Positions 25,201-39,500 of a DNA stretch of 64,000 nt are shown in pieces. This DNA is from Epiperipatus broadwayi (Eukaryota; Animalia; Onychophora): NCBI GenBank assembly GCA_028023455.1, contig JAQFVV010000007.1:2976001-3040000 (forward strand), written 5' to 3'. Position numbers and translations under genes: made by a program. Under the pieces are notes generated by a model that saw only the letters and a list, made by a program, of their open reading frames with translations, was not told where the DNA came from and did not search any database. Positions within the stretch are counted from its first letter, which is position 1; each line of letters starts with the position of its first letter.

Positions 25201-26067
25201 AAGAATGCATATTCACTTTCTGGAAATAATTTATTTTGTATCTTTTATTAGCATGAAACTTTTTCTTATAGATGTCTTGAGATTTTTTGGGGGGTAGAAG
25301 GTAAAAATGAAGAATTCTTATGCTACTACTTTTGTAAGTTCTGAAGCTATGGATTATCTCAGATAAGAAGTATTATACATGGTTTCAATGAGAATTTTGT
25401 GAGAAGTATAAAGAAATTATCAATGAAGATGTAATTTTAAACTTAGTTAATGATAAATTAGCAATTATAAACAAACAATAAAGTAATATTTTTTTTGGAT
25501 ATTGAAATTTATTTCCCCCCTTACTTTTTAATGGTAATAACTACTTGTCTTGGCCTTCTTTTTTCCCTTAGTTTTTCTAGTTTCGATCTTATGTAAAGCT
25601 TTTTGTTAATCTAACATTGTTAAAACTAAAGTTATTGTGAAAATCGGTCTCATCATATTTTTAAAAATTCAATATGACACCAAATACCCTGATTGTGTTA
25701 AATATAAGTTACTGATTTATTACATATATAATGTACACAAACTAAATATATGTATATATTTAGCATATCCATATTTTTTGTAATATTAGGGTATGAGCAC
25801 AGACTTTCACACGACCCACCATTCTCCACTTCATCTAATAACGCTGATACAAAAAAAAGTCAGCAGATATTTCATATATCCAGAAATAAATTAAGTCAAT
25901 CACTATTTTTTGTAATAAGTTCTAGTGATTGATATATATCAACTATAAGTGTTCAGTCAATTTAAAATACATTTTCATTTACCATGCTAAAAACTTAAAA
26001 ATAAGAGATATTTTTTTTATATATTGAATACTTTTATTGACTATAGACAAATATATATATATATATT

Positions 26068-26242
26068 TCTTCAACTACAATTGGAGTTTTTAGATTTAAC
26101 TTGAAATAAAAGCATGGAGAAGGGATTTAGATATTAATTAAGTCAATCCCTATTTTTTACAACAAAAAAAATATTTAATTAATTTCTGGACCCCCCCCCC
26201 CCATGATTTTATTTCAAGTTAAATCCAAAAAGTCTAATTGTG
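26068..26242. mobile_element. MITE-like element with about 50-bp imperfect terminal inverted repeats
   Basis: ttcttcaactacaattggagtttttagatttaacttgaaataaaagcatgg is mirrored by ccatgattttatttcaagttaaatccaaaaagtctaattgtgattgaagaa. Confidence 0.65.
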
Positions 26243-26604
26243 ATTGAAGAAACAATTATTTTACTTCTTTTTAGGGCACAGTCAATAAAATAGAAGCATT
26301 TAATATAAAAGTTTTTTTTATTTATATTATGTTTATTTATATTTACTTTTCAGTTAAAAAGTGTTAAACATCTACTTTCCAAATGGTTAACAATAGTAGG
26401 TAACAACTATTTAAAAAACAACTTGCTGAAAATGTTTCTAACAGGAAAAAATATATTATTGCCCTGCTCTTAAATACACAGGTGATATGCACAATAGACT
26501 ACAACACTAAAAACCACACCATTAGATCCTATAGCTGATACGTTAGCCATTTCTTCAATCAATAATATTATTCACCAAAATAAACAAACAGCTAATTTAA
26601 ATGT

Positions 26605-26699
26605 TATATTTATTAATTTTGTATATTTTTTATGGAGTACTAGGGGCATGAATATTTATTAATTTTGTATATTTTTTTATGGAGTACTAGGGGCATGAC
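26605..26699. repeat. About 47-bp tandem duplication
   Basis: atatttattaattttgtatattttt(t)atggagtactaggggcatga twice in tandem. Confidence 0.9.
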
Positions 26700-27380
26700 C
26701 ACCTGTTGCCAGAGACCAAATCCCCTGAGGCTTGCTCCACTCATCCACACAGGTTACGGAAAAATATTTAATTCCACTTCTTTCCATACAAAATATAAAG
26801 GCTATTTTTGAAATTCCAATAGTTTTACATTAAAATTGGATAAAATTATAAAAAGAATGACACGAACACATAAATGTAGGACTTAAATTTCCCCTTAATT
26901 AACATTTTGCAAAACTTCTTAGGGTAGATGTATATTTCTTAAGTTCTATTTCTGAAAGTAAATTAAAGAATACAATAACAATGAGTTTATTATCAATGCT
27001 TTCAAATTATTTACTAAATACAAAAAAAAAAATGCTAATAGATTCTAATATTAACCATAATCCAACATTTAATTTAAAGCAAATTTTTTAAAAACAAACT
27101 CTATAAGTCACATTTATATATTTAGTAAAAACTATAAAATTATCCACATTAATTTTTATTTTTTCTAGGTCAAATAAATAAGCAAAATGCGACTTCATTC
27201 TTTTTGCTTGTTTTTTCTTCAACATATATTTAATTAAGCTACAAGATTATTGCTAAATAATTATTAATACTTTCGCAAAATTATGTGTTTTTTTTATTAT
27301 AAATGCTCCGTTTCTGCCAAATTTTAAGTTATTTTTTAAAATATAAGAATGGCTTTTAGTACCAATAAATTACTCAATAA

Positions 27381-28124
27381 CACATTTACATCTGGGATTT
27401 GCCTGAAGGTATGTGGTAATGGTATATTAGATGTGATAATATGTTGGACTATTTCTATTATCTATTAGTAAATGTTGAATGTATAGAAAGTTTTAAACTT
27501 TATTTAAACTTTTCAACAACTTAAGGGTAATAGCACACAAATAAATAACACAGATTAGTAATTACACAGCGTTTTGAATAGTTCTTCAGGTGTTGCTGGC
27601 CTCAACAGTGACAGTATTTGCATAGGAGTCGTACTCGCACCTTTAGATTCTCAAATTTAAGGTTAATGCTCTAACCCGCTGAACTATCCTGTTAAAGGCA
27701 ACAGATAATAGAAATTTTATTTATTTATATATGAGGGTTGGTTCAAATCTGCCTGACTCCTTCAATTTTTTTTTACCTCGAGAATTTGAACCAACTCTCA
27801 TAAAGAAATATATAAAATTTCTACTGTCTGTTGCCTTTGACAGGATAGCTCAGTTGCTTAGAGTGTTTGCCTTAAATTTGATATTTGAGAATGTAAAGGT
27901 GTGTGTTCAATTCCTAGGCAAATACAGTTACTGATCAGGCCAGCAACACCTGAAGAAGAGTGAAGAATACTACTACTCAAAACATTATGCCTGTGTTGTC
28001 TATTTGTGTGTTACTACTAACAAGTTATTTGTATTTGGAAAGTTTAAAATTTTCTATACATTCTACATTTACTGGTAGATGATGGAAATAGTCCAACATA
28101 TTATCACATTTATATCTGAGATTT
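27381..28124. mobile_element. Palindromic element with tRNA-like head and HHR-like motif, 20-bp flanking direct repeat
   Basis: About 27431-27760 mirrors about 27780-28109. tRNA-like 27839-27920 has A box TAGCTCAGTTG and B box GTTCAATTCC. HHR-like motif 27944-27998. Direct repeats at 27381-27400 / 28105-28124 with two transitions. Confidence 0.75.
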
Positions 28125-29459
28125 TTAGCTAACTAGGCCATTTTGTTCTATTTACATTTCACTTATGATTTTACATATAAAGAATAAATTTTCCAATAAA
28201 ATACATCTAGAATTTAATAAAATAGAGTTTTTGTCCAACCTTCTGTGTATAGTAAGGCATTTTATAAACAGAATTAAAATTAATAGAAAGGTAGATTTTA
28301 ATAAAAACAGTGAATGATTAATAATTCTTCAGTTTTTGCCCCCAATAATCAAAAATCTTTTACTGTAGTAATCTACATGTTTATTGCATAAACATGTGTT
28401 CCAACTAGATGTGCAGTAAGTATTAAATTATTATCGTTATTTTATTTTATGAAAAAACTTTTTTTTTTTTTCAAAATAAAACTATTCTTTCTTTATAGTT
28501 AGTTTAGAAATATGGTACTTTGGTATTAGTCTTTCCATGATATATTATTCTGATGAAGTTTTCACCCAGTAATATTTATTCAAAGTTTAAATTAACAATA
28601 TCATGGCAACCAAAATATTGGCAAGAATAAACCATGTCATGATGGTGACCTGAGAGATTTTGTGCTATCATAATGTCCCTTCCTTTCCATTCTAGAACGC
28701 ATTACAGTTTAGTCCACCACAGTACCTCTCATCATTTGTAAGCAATTTTTTTAAAAAAATTTAAAAATACATCTCTAGTTAAATGTTATTAATTACATTT
28801 TTCTTTACAGAAATATTTGTTTTTCTTTTAAAGTAATTTTTAAAATACTATTTTAAAGTTACATTTTGCTATCTTAAAGTTACAGTTTGCCATTTTGGGT
28901 TGTTTTTTTAGATTGAACACGCAGTTTATGATGGGGAAAGTGCCACACTATGCAAGGAAAGGGAATAATGTTTTCGATATCACACAGTGTCGTCCAATAA
29001 ATGCACAACTCATAAATACCAGTTCATAAGTTTTTTTTTTTGCTTTTTTTCTCCATAATTAATCCATTATTTTTTCATATTACACGTGCTATGAGACATT
29101 ACATCCAGTGATATATTATTCTAAGTTAGTTATATATTTAAAATAACGCTTCCATATTATCTGTGGACAAATTTTATCCATTAAGTTTGTCTGCACATTT
29201 CTTGGAGACATTATTTTAAACATTGCAAAGCAGGACTAATACCAAAGTACTAGAAATACTGTCCAATTTAAATTATAGAGATGGTTATTCTTTTAAAAAT
29301 TTAGGAAAAATCCTAAGAATTTTCATGATTTTTTTAATAACATATAGTTTTGAATATTTCAATCTTTTGTGTTGTGTGTGTTTTATAGAAATTCAAAAGT
29401 TTATAATATAAATGTTTTATAATTGAAATAGTTTATTTTTTACTAGAAAATTATATAAG

Positions 29460-32400
29460 AGCTATATACAGGGGTAATATTTATGTTTACAAACTATATG
29501 TGCATCTGCAATAATTTAATCAAACAAAAACATTAACTAAAGTAATAAAAACAAGTTTATTCATTTGTTAACAATGAAAATAATAAAATGAGTGAAAACA
29601 CTCTAGCTTGTTTAAACAATTCCAATAATTGACCATATGATAAACTGTTCATTCACATGCACAAATCTTATATACAAGTCCAATTATCTGTGTATATCCA
29701 TTTACTTTGGCTTTAACATAGATATTCTAATCTTATTTCTAATATCAGTCTTTAACTATTTTATTGGCTTCTTCAATGATTTAGCACACATTGCACTTTT
29801 CTGTTTACAAGGTTGCACAGTTGCTGTTCACACTATTGTTTAAAATCCTGTGTTGCATTGCAAGTACATATCCGGTTATAATTATAAGATTCACAATACT
29901 TAGTAGGACTCATTTACATATACTGACCTTGCTCAATATCAAATTCTGATTTTCAGCTTTATGCTAATTTTCTAGAGTACATTCGTACTGATAATAATTT
30001 TAATGTACTGTCTGCACATAAATACAAATTTTAATTAAACATATAAATACGCACAAACAGTCCACTCCTCCCCTATTCTAGAAAACAACTCTTGGTTACA
30101 AAAAATAATCTTACAATCTTGTTAATTGTCACTGAACTCTGATGGGTCTGATGGGAAGTAATTTTTTTTTTCCTCTTGATTTTCCATTGCATCCACTATA
30201 TCTGGTTGCATGACCTGATTATCTGATTGTGTAATCATGTCCACTAGTTCAGTTTGATTAGCTATGGGTATTTACATTTCTCAGGGGATGACAACATGCT
30301 ACTCTTCTTCATTAGAATTATGCAGTTTATTGGGCAACATATTTTGGGCATTGTCTGCATCTGTTTCACTCTGCTGAGAACATAAATGACTGACACATCT
30401 TCAGAATTTTTCCATTATTCAGTTTAACTACTCAATTAGAGGGAACTTCCATTACAACACCAGGAAACTATTTCCTTTTAAAAATATCGACTTCCCATTA
30501 GTTCATTAATTTTAAACTTCTCAACATCCAAATTACTATTCACAATAACTTTTTCATCAGGTAACATATTCGTTAAATGTGTGTGATACTTGTGATACAG
30601 CAACTGTTTAGCTGGTGTTTTCATTGTTGGCACATCAGGAGTGAAATGTTGACGAAACAATGCTTCACCCAAAGCTTCATGTATATCTTTGTCAGATGAT
30701 TTACTCAGTGTAGTTTTCAAATGTTGCATTGCCTTTTCCACTAAAGCATTTGATTCATAACAATAAGGAGTGGTATGTGCTTTATTTCTTTATCAGATAA
30801 AAACTCCTGGAACTCTTGTGATGTAAATCCTGTCCCATTGTTTAATACTATTGTTTCTGGAAACCCATGACCTGCAAAGATCTCTTACAGGGCACAAATA
30901 ATACACTCTGAGCTTGTATTTTTTAACAAGCTTATACTCTGCCCATTTTAAATAAGAATCAATTGCAACTAGAAAGATATATCCATTCATTAGATCCTCA
31001 CGGTATAAATGTATGCACTGCCATGGTAACATTGTTTTTGCCCATGATTCAGAAGTCTTTGTAGGCAAATCAGCAATAGACAGACACTCAATACATTTTC
31101 TTAACCATTTGTTCTATGTCCTGGTTCAAATTAGGCCAAGTCTTTGTAGGCCAATCAGCAACAGACAGACACTCAATACAGTTCTTAATCATTTGTTCTA
31201 TGTCCTGGTTCAAATTAGGCCACCAAACATATGACCATACTAAAGCTTTCATTCGCATTATGCCTGGATGTTCTTGGTGTAGCAAACTGAGTACTTGCTT
31301 CCAACTTTCTGATGGCATGAGCATTTGATTCATTCACTAGAATAAAGCCACTACAAATAAATAAGCTTTCACAAGCATTCCAAATAGGTTTTGTAACATA
31401 ATTTGATTGACTTTTAGGCCATCCGAATTGAATCCAATTTCTCAAGCTTTTATATCCAGGACCATTATTAGTTTATTTTTCAACCTTAGAGCTATTCATA
31501 GTTTTTGACTTCCAAGTGTCAATGTAATTTACTTCTATACAATTTTTTGCCAGAATTCTCAAGCATCTGGCAAATGCAATAAATTATCAGTGTGACTAAT
31601 TTCTTTTCTGGCTTGTAAATTTAATACTTAAGCATTTGCTACTAACAAGTTAATCTAACAAATCAAACAGTGACTGGCATGTTTGGGAATTTTCTTATCA
31701 TGTCCAAAAATTCCCAGTAATGGATGATGATCCATATATATATATATATTAAGAATTTACGTTCATACATGTATTGATAATTTGAGTATCATATCTAGGG
31801 CTTCTATGTCAAGTTGACCATATTTTTTTAAGCAGTGGTCAGGGTCCTTGAGACATATGCAATAGGGAATTCTCCTTCATAACAATGATGTGAAATGACA
31901 GCTTCAATTCCAAAATCAGAAATTGATTGTAATACTCACTTCCTGATTATTGCTATAATGAACAAGAAGCTGCTTAGACATTAGTAAATCTTTTGTTTTC
32001 TGGAAAGGTAAATCATGCTTTTTAGTTCATTTTCAGAGCTGTCCTTTACACAGCAGCTATATAATGGTGTAAGGACACATGATTTTCCTTTCAGAAAACT
32101 CAAAAAATTTGAGCAATCCTAGCAAAGCTTGCAAATCTTTTACTTTCTTAGGCCTTGGAGCATTCCTGACAGTTCTAACTTTTTCTGGGTTAGGATATTT
32201 TTGTTTCTGGTTTATGACATGACACAGAAATTTAATTTCATACCCCATATACATTTAGAAGAAATAATCCTAGCTCCAACTTTGTCCAGTCTCGAACAAA
32301 CATTCAACATGTTTCCAATTCACATTCTGTTTCAGCAATTATTAAAATGTCATCTAAATAAGGAATAACTATTTCAAAACACATTTGGAGCAAACATAAT

Positions 32401-34642
32401 CCATAAGGCAACTTGTTGCATTTGTAAAGTCCCAGATAGGTACTGATAGTTAGCAGTTCAGAAATTCTATCCATAATGGATATTTGGTGGAAAGTGGACT
32501 TTAAATTGATCTTTGCAAAGAACAACACTTTCTGAAGCAATGCTAAAACTTCATATACACATGGCACTGGATATGCTTCTTTATTAAGTTTAACATGATA
32601 ATCTTTGCACAAATGAATACTCCAGTCTGGTTTCATAACTACAACTACTGGTGTAGCCAATGACAAAGCTTCTACTGGAGACAAAACCCCTTTATAGACA
32701 ATATCTTTAATAGTCAGTTCAACTTTGTGTTTTAAGACAAATGGAACCTTATACGATTAGAAAATTATTTCAATATCCACCAGCCATGTTTTTAATTCAG
32801 CTAATCCTGACTTAACTGGGAAATATCTTTCTGACTTCTGTTTCCAACTGAACTCTCTTATTTATTTTTAAGACAAATTCCCAGTGGATGAAATCAATTC
32901 CTTCCTAGTTTGGACTTAATACTTCTCTTCACAATATATAATGGTAAAACAATAGCTTTAGCATTAATTTTCACAAGAATATGCACTTTCCCCCATGTCA
33001 GTTCTGTTGCCATTCACATCTGTGGTGTATTTTGAAGCATATATTTTCTTATACTGCTGCCATTAATTTTTATCCAATCTTTATATGACCAGCACCACTG
33101 TTCACTTCCATTGTAATTTTACTTTCACAGATGATAACATCTAAAACAATATGGCCAGAATCTGTGTCATTAATATTGTTAATAGATTTCTCCCCCCTCT
33201 TAATTCATCTCCCTGCGATTTCAAGTCTGGACTTAATTGTGTTTCACAACTCTCATCCTCGTTTCTGCAGACACGAGCTGAATGTTTTAACTTTATAGAC
33301 ATTGCCTTTCTCCATTTTAAATTTACAAAATTTCTTAACATGATCTCTTACACCATAACAATAATAGGTCAAACTTTTCTTTGCTATCTTTGAATTTGTA
33401 GCTACAGCCTGTGCTTTATTTACAAAAATCCAAATTGTTCTGCACTCCAATTAAAGTTTGAAATTCTAATGCTTCTTCTAACATTACTTCCTGTGCCAAA
33501 CATTTTCCAAGAGCTATCTTATAATTCAGATTTGGCTTACTCTGCAAAGTTTACCATAGGCAATGGTTACACATTCCAACAACATGTCTTCTAATTTGGA
33601 GGCAAATTGGCATTGTTTTGCAAGTGAACAAAATGTTATATCATAGTCTATATAATGCTCATGAGTTAATTGCCTTCTCATCCTAAAATGCAGATGTGAT
33701 ATCCATTTTGAAGTTGTCGGCTAGAAATAAACATTTAACTTCTTTTATCTCTTCAAATGGAATGTCCTCAAGAATTTTCAGTTTACACAATTGTTTTGTG
33801 ACTTGTAAAATGTCCTTGTCAGTGCATAATAAAGCATTGTTATTTTGAATCTGCGTTCATCAATTTTATTTATTAGCATATAACACTCGATGTGCTAAAC
33901 ATAAACTTTCCATGCCAACATGTTGCTGTGATACTACTGTTCAACATTGCCAGTATTTATGATTACACTGCCATTCCACTTGCTTGCATTATTTATCACT
34001 CTAACCTGCACAGATTTTTATTTCATAAACGGATGACTACAATCATTCAAGTGTCACCACATGCCATTCTGTTATATATAGCGGTAAGATTTATGTATCC
34101 CAGCTATATATGCACCTGCAATAATTTATAATCAAACAAAAACATGAACCAAAGTAATAAAAACACGTTTATTCACTTGCTAATAATGAAAATAATAATA
34201 AAATAAAGAGTAAAAACACTTTAGCTTCTTTAAGCAATTACAATAATTGGTCGAATGATAAATTGTTCATATGCACAAATATTATATACAAGTCCAATTA
34301 TCTGTGTGTATCCATTTACTTTGTTTTAACACACAGGTATTCTAATCTTACTGCTAATATCAGTCTTTAACCTTTTTTAATTGGCTTCTTCAATGATTAA
34401 TGCACACATTGCACTTTTCTGCTTACAAAGCTGCAGAATTGCTGCTCATTATAATTCCAAAGTTCAGAATATGTAATAGACTCATTTACATATACTGACC
34501 TTGCTCAATATCAATTCTGGATTTTTCAGTTTTATGCTACTTTTCTAGAGTATATTTGTACTGATAATAATTTTAATGTGATGTCCGTACATATAAACTT
34601 TATTTACATTAAACATGCACACATACACACACAGACAATCCA
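29460..34642 (-). mobile_element. Full-length degenerate Ty3/gypsy LTR retrotransposon
   Basis: LTRs 34070-34642 and 29460-30064; PBS-like TGGCATGTGG just inside the 5' LTR; PPT agaataggggaggag abutting the 3' LTR TG. Zinc knuckle (33253..33450); protease MEVNSGAG; RT YPVP...FAKINLKSTFHQI...LPYG...YLDD (32304..32684); integrase HQEHPGIMRMK...WWPNLNQDIE..CIEC and YIFLVAIDSYLKW. Confidence 0.93.
31053..31221. repeat. 84/85-bp tandem duplication inside the gypsy integrase zinc-binding region
   Basis: Units start at 31053 and 31138; WPNLNQDIEQM appears twice in ORF 31088..31333. Confidence 0.92.
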
Positions 34643-37600
34643 ATAGCAAACATGTTTCAGAAACAAAATGCTCTTGTAATAGCAGTTAAAGATATATAAC
34701 TAGAAGTCCTTTGTTTTAAAACTTTGTTCTTACTCGATAGAACTAAATATAAATTAATCTTTAAACAAATCAATTCAGTGAAGCACAATCAATGTACTTA
34801 CTTACTAAGGAAGACAGTTCCCATATAAGCCCAAGCAATGATAAATTCATATTACTCTTTCCATTCTTTTATGTTTTACTTATGTATGCACATAAGTACT
34901 ATTTATCTTTATGAAAATAAGCATACATCAAAGAAATTTGAGAATATCACACAATTATTACATTAAAAAATTTACTCAAACTCAACAAGTACTATGAACT
35001 TTATTTAATTTATATAAGATTTTCATAATATTCATTAATACATATATAACAACATGGCAAAAGGTTTCAATGATCAAACAATGGCAATAAAAGCAAAGAG
35101 AGAAAGAATGCAGTTTCTGGCAGACAAATTGACATTAATACAAGAAAATGGACATTATTAGCAAATTTTTTTAAATAATTTTTTAAGAATCTGATTTGTG
35201 AATTGTAATGTATCAAGACTTGGTTGATTATTGAATAAGAATAAAATAATAGTAATAAAACATTACAACAATTGTCAAAGATGATTTGGATGATTATTAG
35301 TAATAAATTATTAATTAAGAAATTAATACCCATGACAAACAAAGCCAAGATGAAAGTTTGTTATGTAACTTCTCTTCTCCATTAAAATAAGATATAAACT
35401 GAATAATTATGAAAAAAACGTTTAAACTTTGAATAGATTTGATGATTTTATAAATATTATTAATCTACTTAAACCATATTAAAATATATTTTTGGGACCT
35501 GTTAATTAATAGAAAATATACATATATGAACTTGTAGAAAGTGTCCAGCTATTGCTTGGTCATTAATAAAGTGTGGTTTTCAGTAAGGTCATATATGAAT
35601 ATTTTATATTAATGAACAATTTATATTACACAAATATTTCTTAATATGTTGTATAAGATGGAGTGAATATTTATAAAATCAAATGGATTCAAAATTTAAA
35701 GTTTTTTTTACTAATTATTCAATTTATATCTCATTTTAATAGGAAAAAGAACCTATATAAATTTTGATCTTGGCTTTGTGTTCGTGAATATTAATTTCAA
35801 ATTAAATGAATCCATTTAATTTAATGACTAATTGGTTGTAATTTCAGAATCAATTTAATATCAACAATCATCTTTGACAAATACAATAGTGTTAGTCAAA
35901 ATCTGATCCATGAATTTAACTTTGATTCTGGTTTACTAAGATTTATATATGCGTAAAATATAAGAAACTGACATGAAAAAAAAAGGATTGTTTCCTCATT
36001 AATATATTATAAGCATTTGGAAGAATAATTAAAAAAACATTTAGCTAAACATTTTAACAATAAGAATAAAAATTAGATCAAAAGATAGCATTAATAAAAA
36101 TAAAAATATATGACCTATTTACAGCAGGGCAAAAATGTTTATCTTCGATTAAAATATTGGGGGGAAAAATCAAATTGAAAACAATATTTACAATGTAATA
36201 AAAATTTATAGTAAGTTCAGGCTAAAAGTAAATATATATTAAATGTATTAATTAAAAAAAAGTTTTATAGAACAAGTCAACATTTTAAGTATTTAGAAAT
36301 CTGGTTAAGGAATATGTTGTTTGCTAGAAATTTAAATTCGTTTAAAGAAATTATTATATAAAATGTTTAATTAAATAGTTCAAAATTAAACAGATAAAAT
36401 CCAATCAAAAATCTTAAAAAATAGCTTAAGCTTTCTATTAATATTGACCTTAGTTGCTCTGAAAAAAGATCAAAGAGACAATAAGCACAAAAGTTCTTTA
36501 ACTTTCACATTTCTCAAATTGGAAATTGTTTAAGGAATCTTGTGATCTTCAGAAAGCCATTTTTACCTACAAGTCCAGATGCACATAATTACTATTAGAT
36601 AAATAACTAAGCATTAATAAATTACAAAAAAAAAATATTTTAAAATTATATGTATGTCATTCTATATTCATTTTGCATACACTTTAATGATTAATTTGGG
36701 ATAGTAAACTCAATATACACCAACTAGGTCTGCATTCATTGAAATATATTTACATATTTCTGTCACAATCCCCTCATTTCTATCAGTATTAAAACTCATT
36801 AATTATATAATAGACCAAAATACTACAGTTTATATCAAAATATAAGTATATTGTTAGTATATTGTTAATAAATATGTGAGGTTGAACATTTTGAAAGTCA
36901 TAGGCTGCTAAAAACTTAATACAAATAGAAATACTAAAAAGGCAAAAAATAATAATATACATTTACAATAAATTCTTAATACTATATCAAATAATTATTT
37001 TTATTATCTGTACAGAGTTTTATAATTAAAAAATTGTAAAATTTACATTTTTATTTTTACTGTTTCTAATGTTCATGTTAGTTTTTTAAAATAACATTTA
37101 CTGTTTAAAGATTTTTTTCTATTAATAGTACAATAAAATTAAAAATATATATTTTAAGCAGTGATTAAAATCCACCTCCCCCCCTCCATACACTTGCATT
37201 GGACAATTTTCTCTTGAATTTAAAACAACAAACTTAATAAAAAAAATTTAACAAAATAAAGATTCATATCATACTTTTATGTTTTATTAATCACATCTTG
37301 AGATTGAATTGTTCTTCAAAGTGAGACACTTTATAAGCTTTCAAAGTATTAAACAATTATTTTGTATCAGAATGCAGTAAATTGAACTTGATTTGGTAGT
37401 AATATACATTTGCAAATAAAAAAAATTCTAAAAATTCATATTTAAATTTTATAAATGTTGAAAAAAGTGAGCTTATAAAGATAACAGTAGACTCTTTTCT
37501 AATTGAACAGTTAGTTATTAGAATAGTGACTTTTATAAAATGAATGAAATCTTTTTGAATTGAAATGCAAATTATAAATATTGATTTCTGCTAAATCTAT

Positions 37601-39339
37601 CAAATTCTGCTTAAAAATATTCTAGTTTCTGCCATGATGTATTAGCTATCCTTTTCATATGATAAATGATCAGAATGCAGTGATTTCTTTTAATTACTAG
37701 AAACTATTACTTTCTATTTTTAAAAATAAAATAAGTTACATAATGTATGCTTTTAATTTATTGTGCAAAAAGAATCCTAAATCTTAATAAATCAATCAGT
37801 GCTAAAACTCTTTATATTGATCTCTTGTGATTTTTTTTAAAAAATAAAATATTAATATTTTAAAACTACATGAATTTACACAATAAAAAAGTGAGCTATC
37901 TTAATAGATAGCTGTACAAATGCAATCACCCCCCCCCCATTACAATAATTTTTTGGATGTCTAATCGAATGTCTCCAGGATGACGTTAATAATCTCTGTG
38001 TATGTTAAACATTATAATCATTAAAAAATTATATTTCATATTATACTCAGAATGTTGTAATTGATTCAAAATCCCACACACAATTCATTAATTGATGGCC
38101 AGATAATTTCTTTATAAACATGGCTTCAAAGAATTACAGCATATACCATTTTTTTAATTTTAAATATTTTTCTGTCTATCAACATTTTGATATGCTTTTA
38201 GAAAAAAAGACAGGTGCACAAAAAGTTTTTAGTATATATATTTAAATCGTTCATTTTTGCTTCCATTAACAAAACCAAATATAAAAATGAAAAAAAAAGT
38301 TCGTTTACAAACTATGATGAAAAACATTCAAAGTTAATATGATTAATAAAAATAGGCAAGACCAATTTTTCTAAATTAAAAGATTTTTGAAATGACCCCA
38401 AAGTAATAATCAAAGTCAATTTCCATTCTAAGCATCCCCCCCCCCCCATTCCCAATACACTTTTATAATAACAGTCATGATTCGCACAACTATTCTCCTT
38501 TCTATATTAGTTTCAATTTTTCTTTGCCTCAAAACATCAATTTTCAAAAGCAAAACTATCTTTGTTGGAAAACTCAAAATTATGTCTTGGACTGATAGTC
38601 TTTATGCAAATGATTGTTAATTTAGTATATGTAGACTCAATATTGCAAAAAAAAAAAACAACACTCTTTTATTACAAAACAATTCTAAGATAATGAACTT
38701 TTTCTTTTATTACTACGGAATAAGTGATACTTATAAGTGATTAGTCAAGAATAAAGTTGCATTATATTTTGCACAGCCATTTGTGAGAGAACAAATTAAA
38801 TGATGTATATTTACTGAGATTTATATATAAAAGCTTATGTAATCAAAATAATTTCACATTAAAAACTATTACAAATTGTGTGATTATAATCTTTCTTTTA
38901 AAAAATTTTCTCCAAACATATTCTAATTCTTCAAAAATACATTATATTAAGTTCTCTGACTGAACACAAAATAATTAGGTGTCAACATACTATTCATGAT
39001 GGATTTGCCATTACTTGCTTCAACATCTCAAAAAAAAAATAACAGATCTTTTTAATATGTCTTTATTTGATTTACTGGTTTTTTTAAAAATCTGTATGAC
39101 TGGATTAAATATTGTTAACTCAATTTTCAATCTGTTTAAAACTTTGTATACATGAGTATTCCTGGATAACAATAAATTTCTTTTAGTTTGTAAAAAATTA
39201 TAATTGTTAATTTTATGTGTCCCATATATGCTAGCATTCTTTGTAATTTAGAACTGATGATTCAGTGTTAAAAATATAAAACTAAAAAGTAGAAGAAAAA
39301 ATAAAGAAATGCACTAAAAAGTAAAAGATCAGCCATCAC

Positions 39340-39500
39340 AAAGTCAGACTCCCAGGGAATCATTTAAATAAATTTGAAATTAATGCCCATTTCTTGTACT
39401 AAAGCTAATAATCTATTGCAGTGATTATTAATTATTAGTTTACTTGAATAATTCATTGGAAATCTGACATTGCTCCAGACTTTTATTCGTAAAAATTGAA
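39340..39500 (+). mobile_element. mariner-like transposase remnant
   Basis: DSQGII (39347) and SDIAPDFYS (39463) resemble the mariner WD..GII and SPDLAP.DF motifs. Very decayed. Confidence 0.35.

Noticed and set aside
35064-35171. 35-aa ORF MAKGFNDQTMAIKAKRERMQFLADK...
   Set aside because: Looks protein-like but is short, unrecognised and unsupported by flanking signals.
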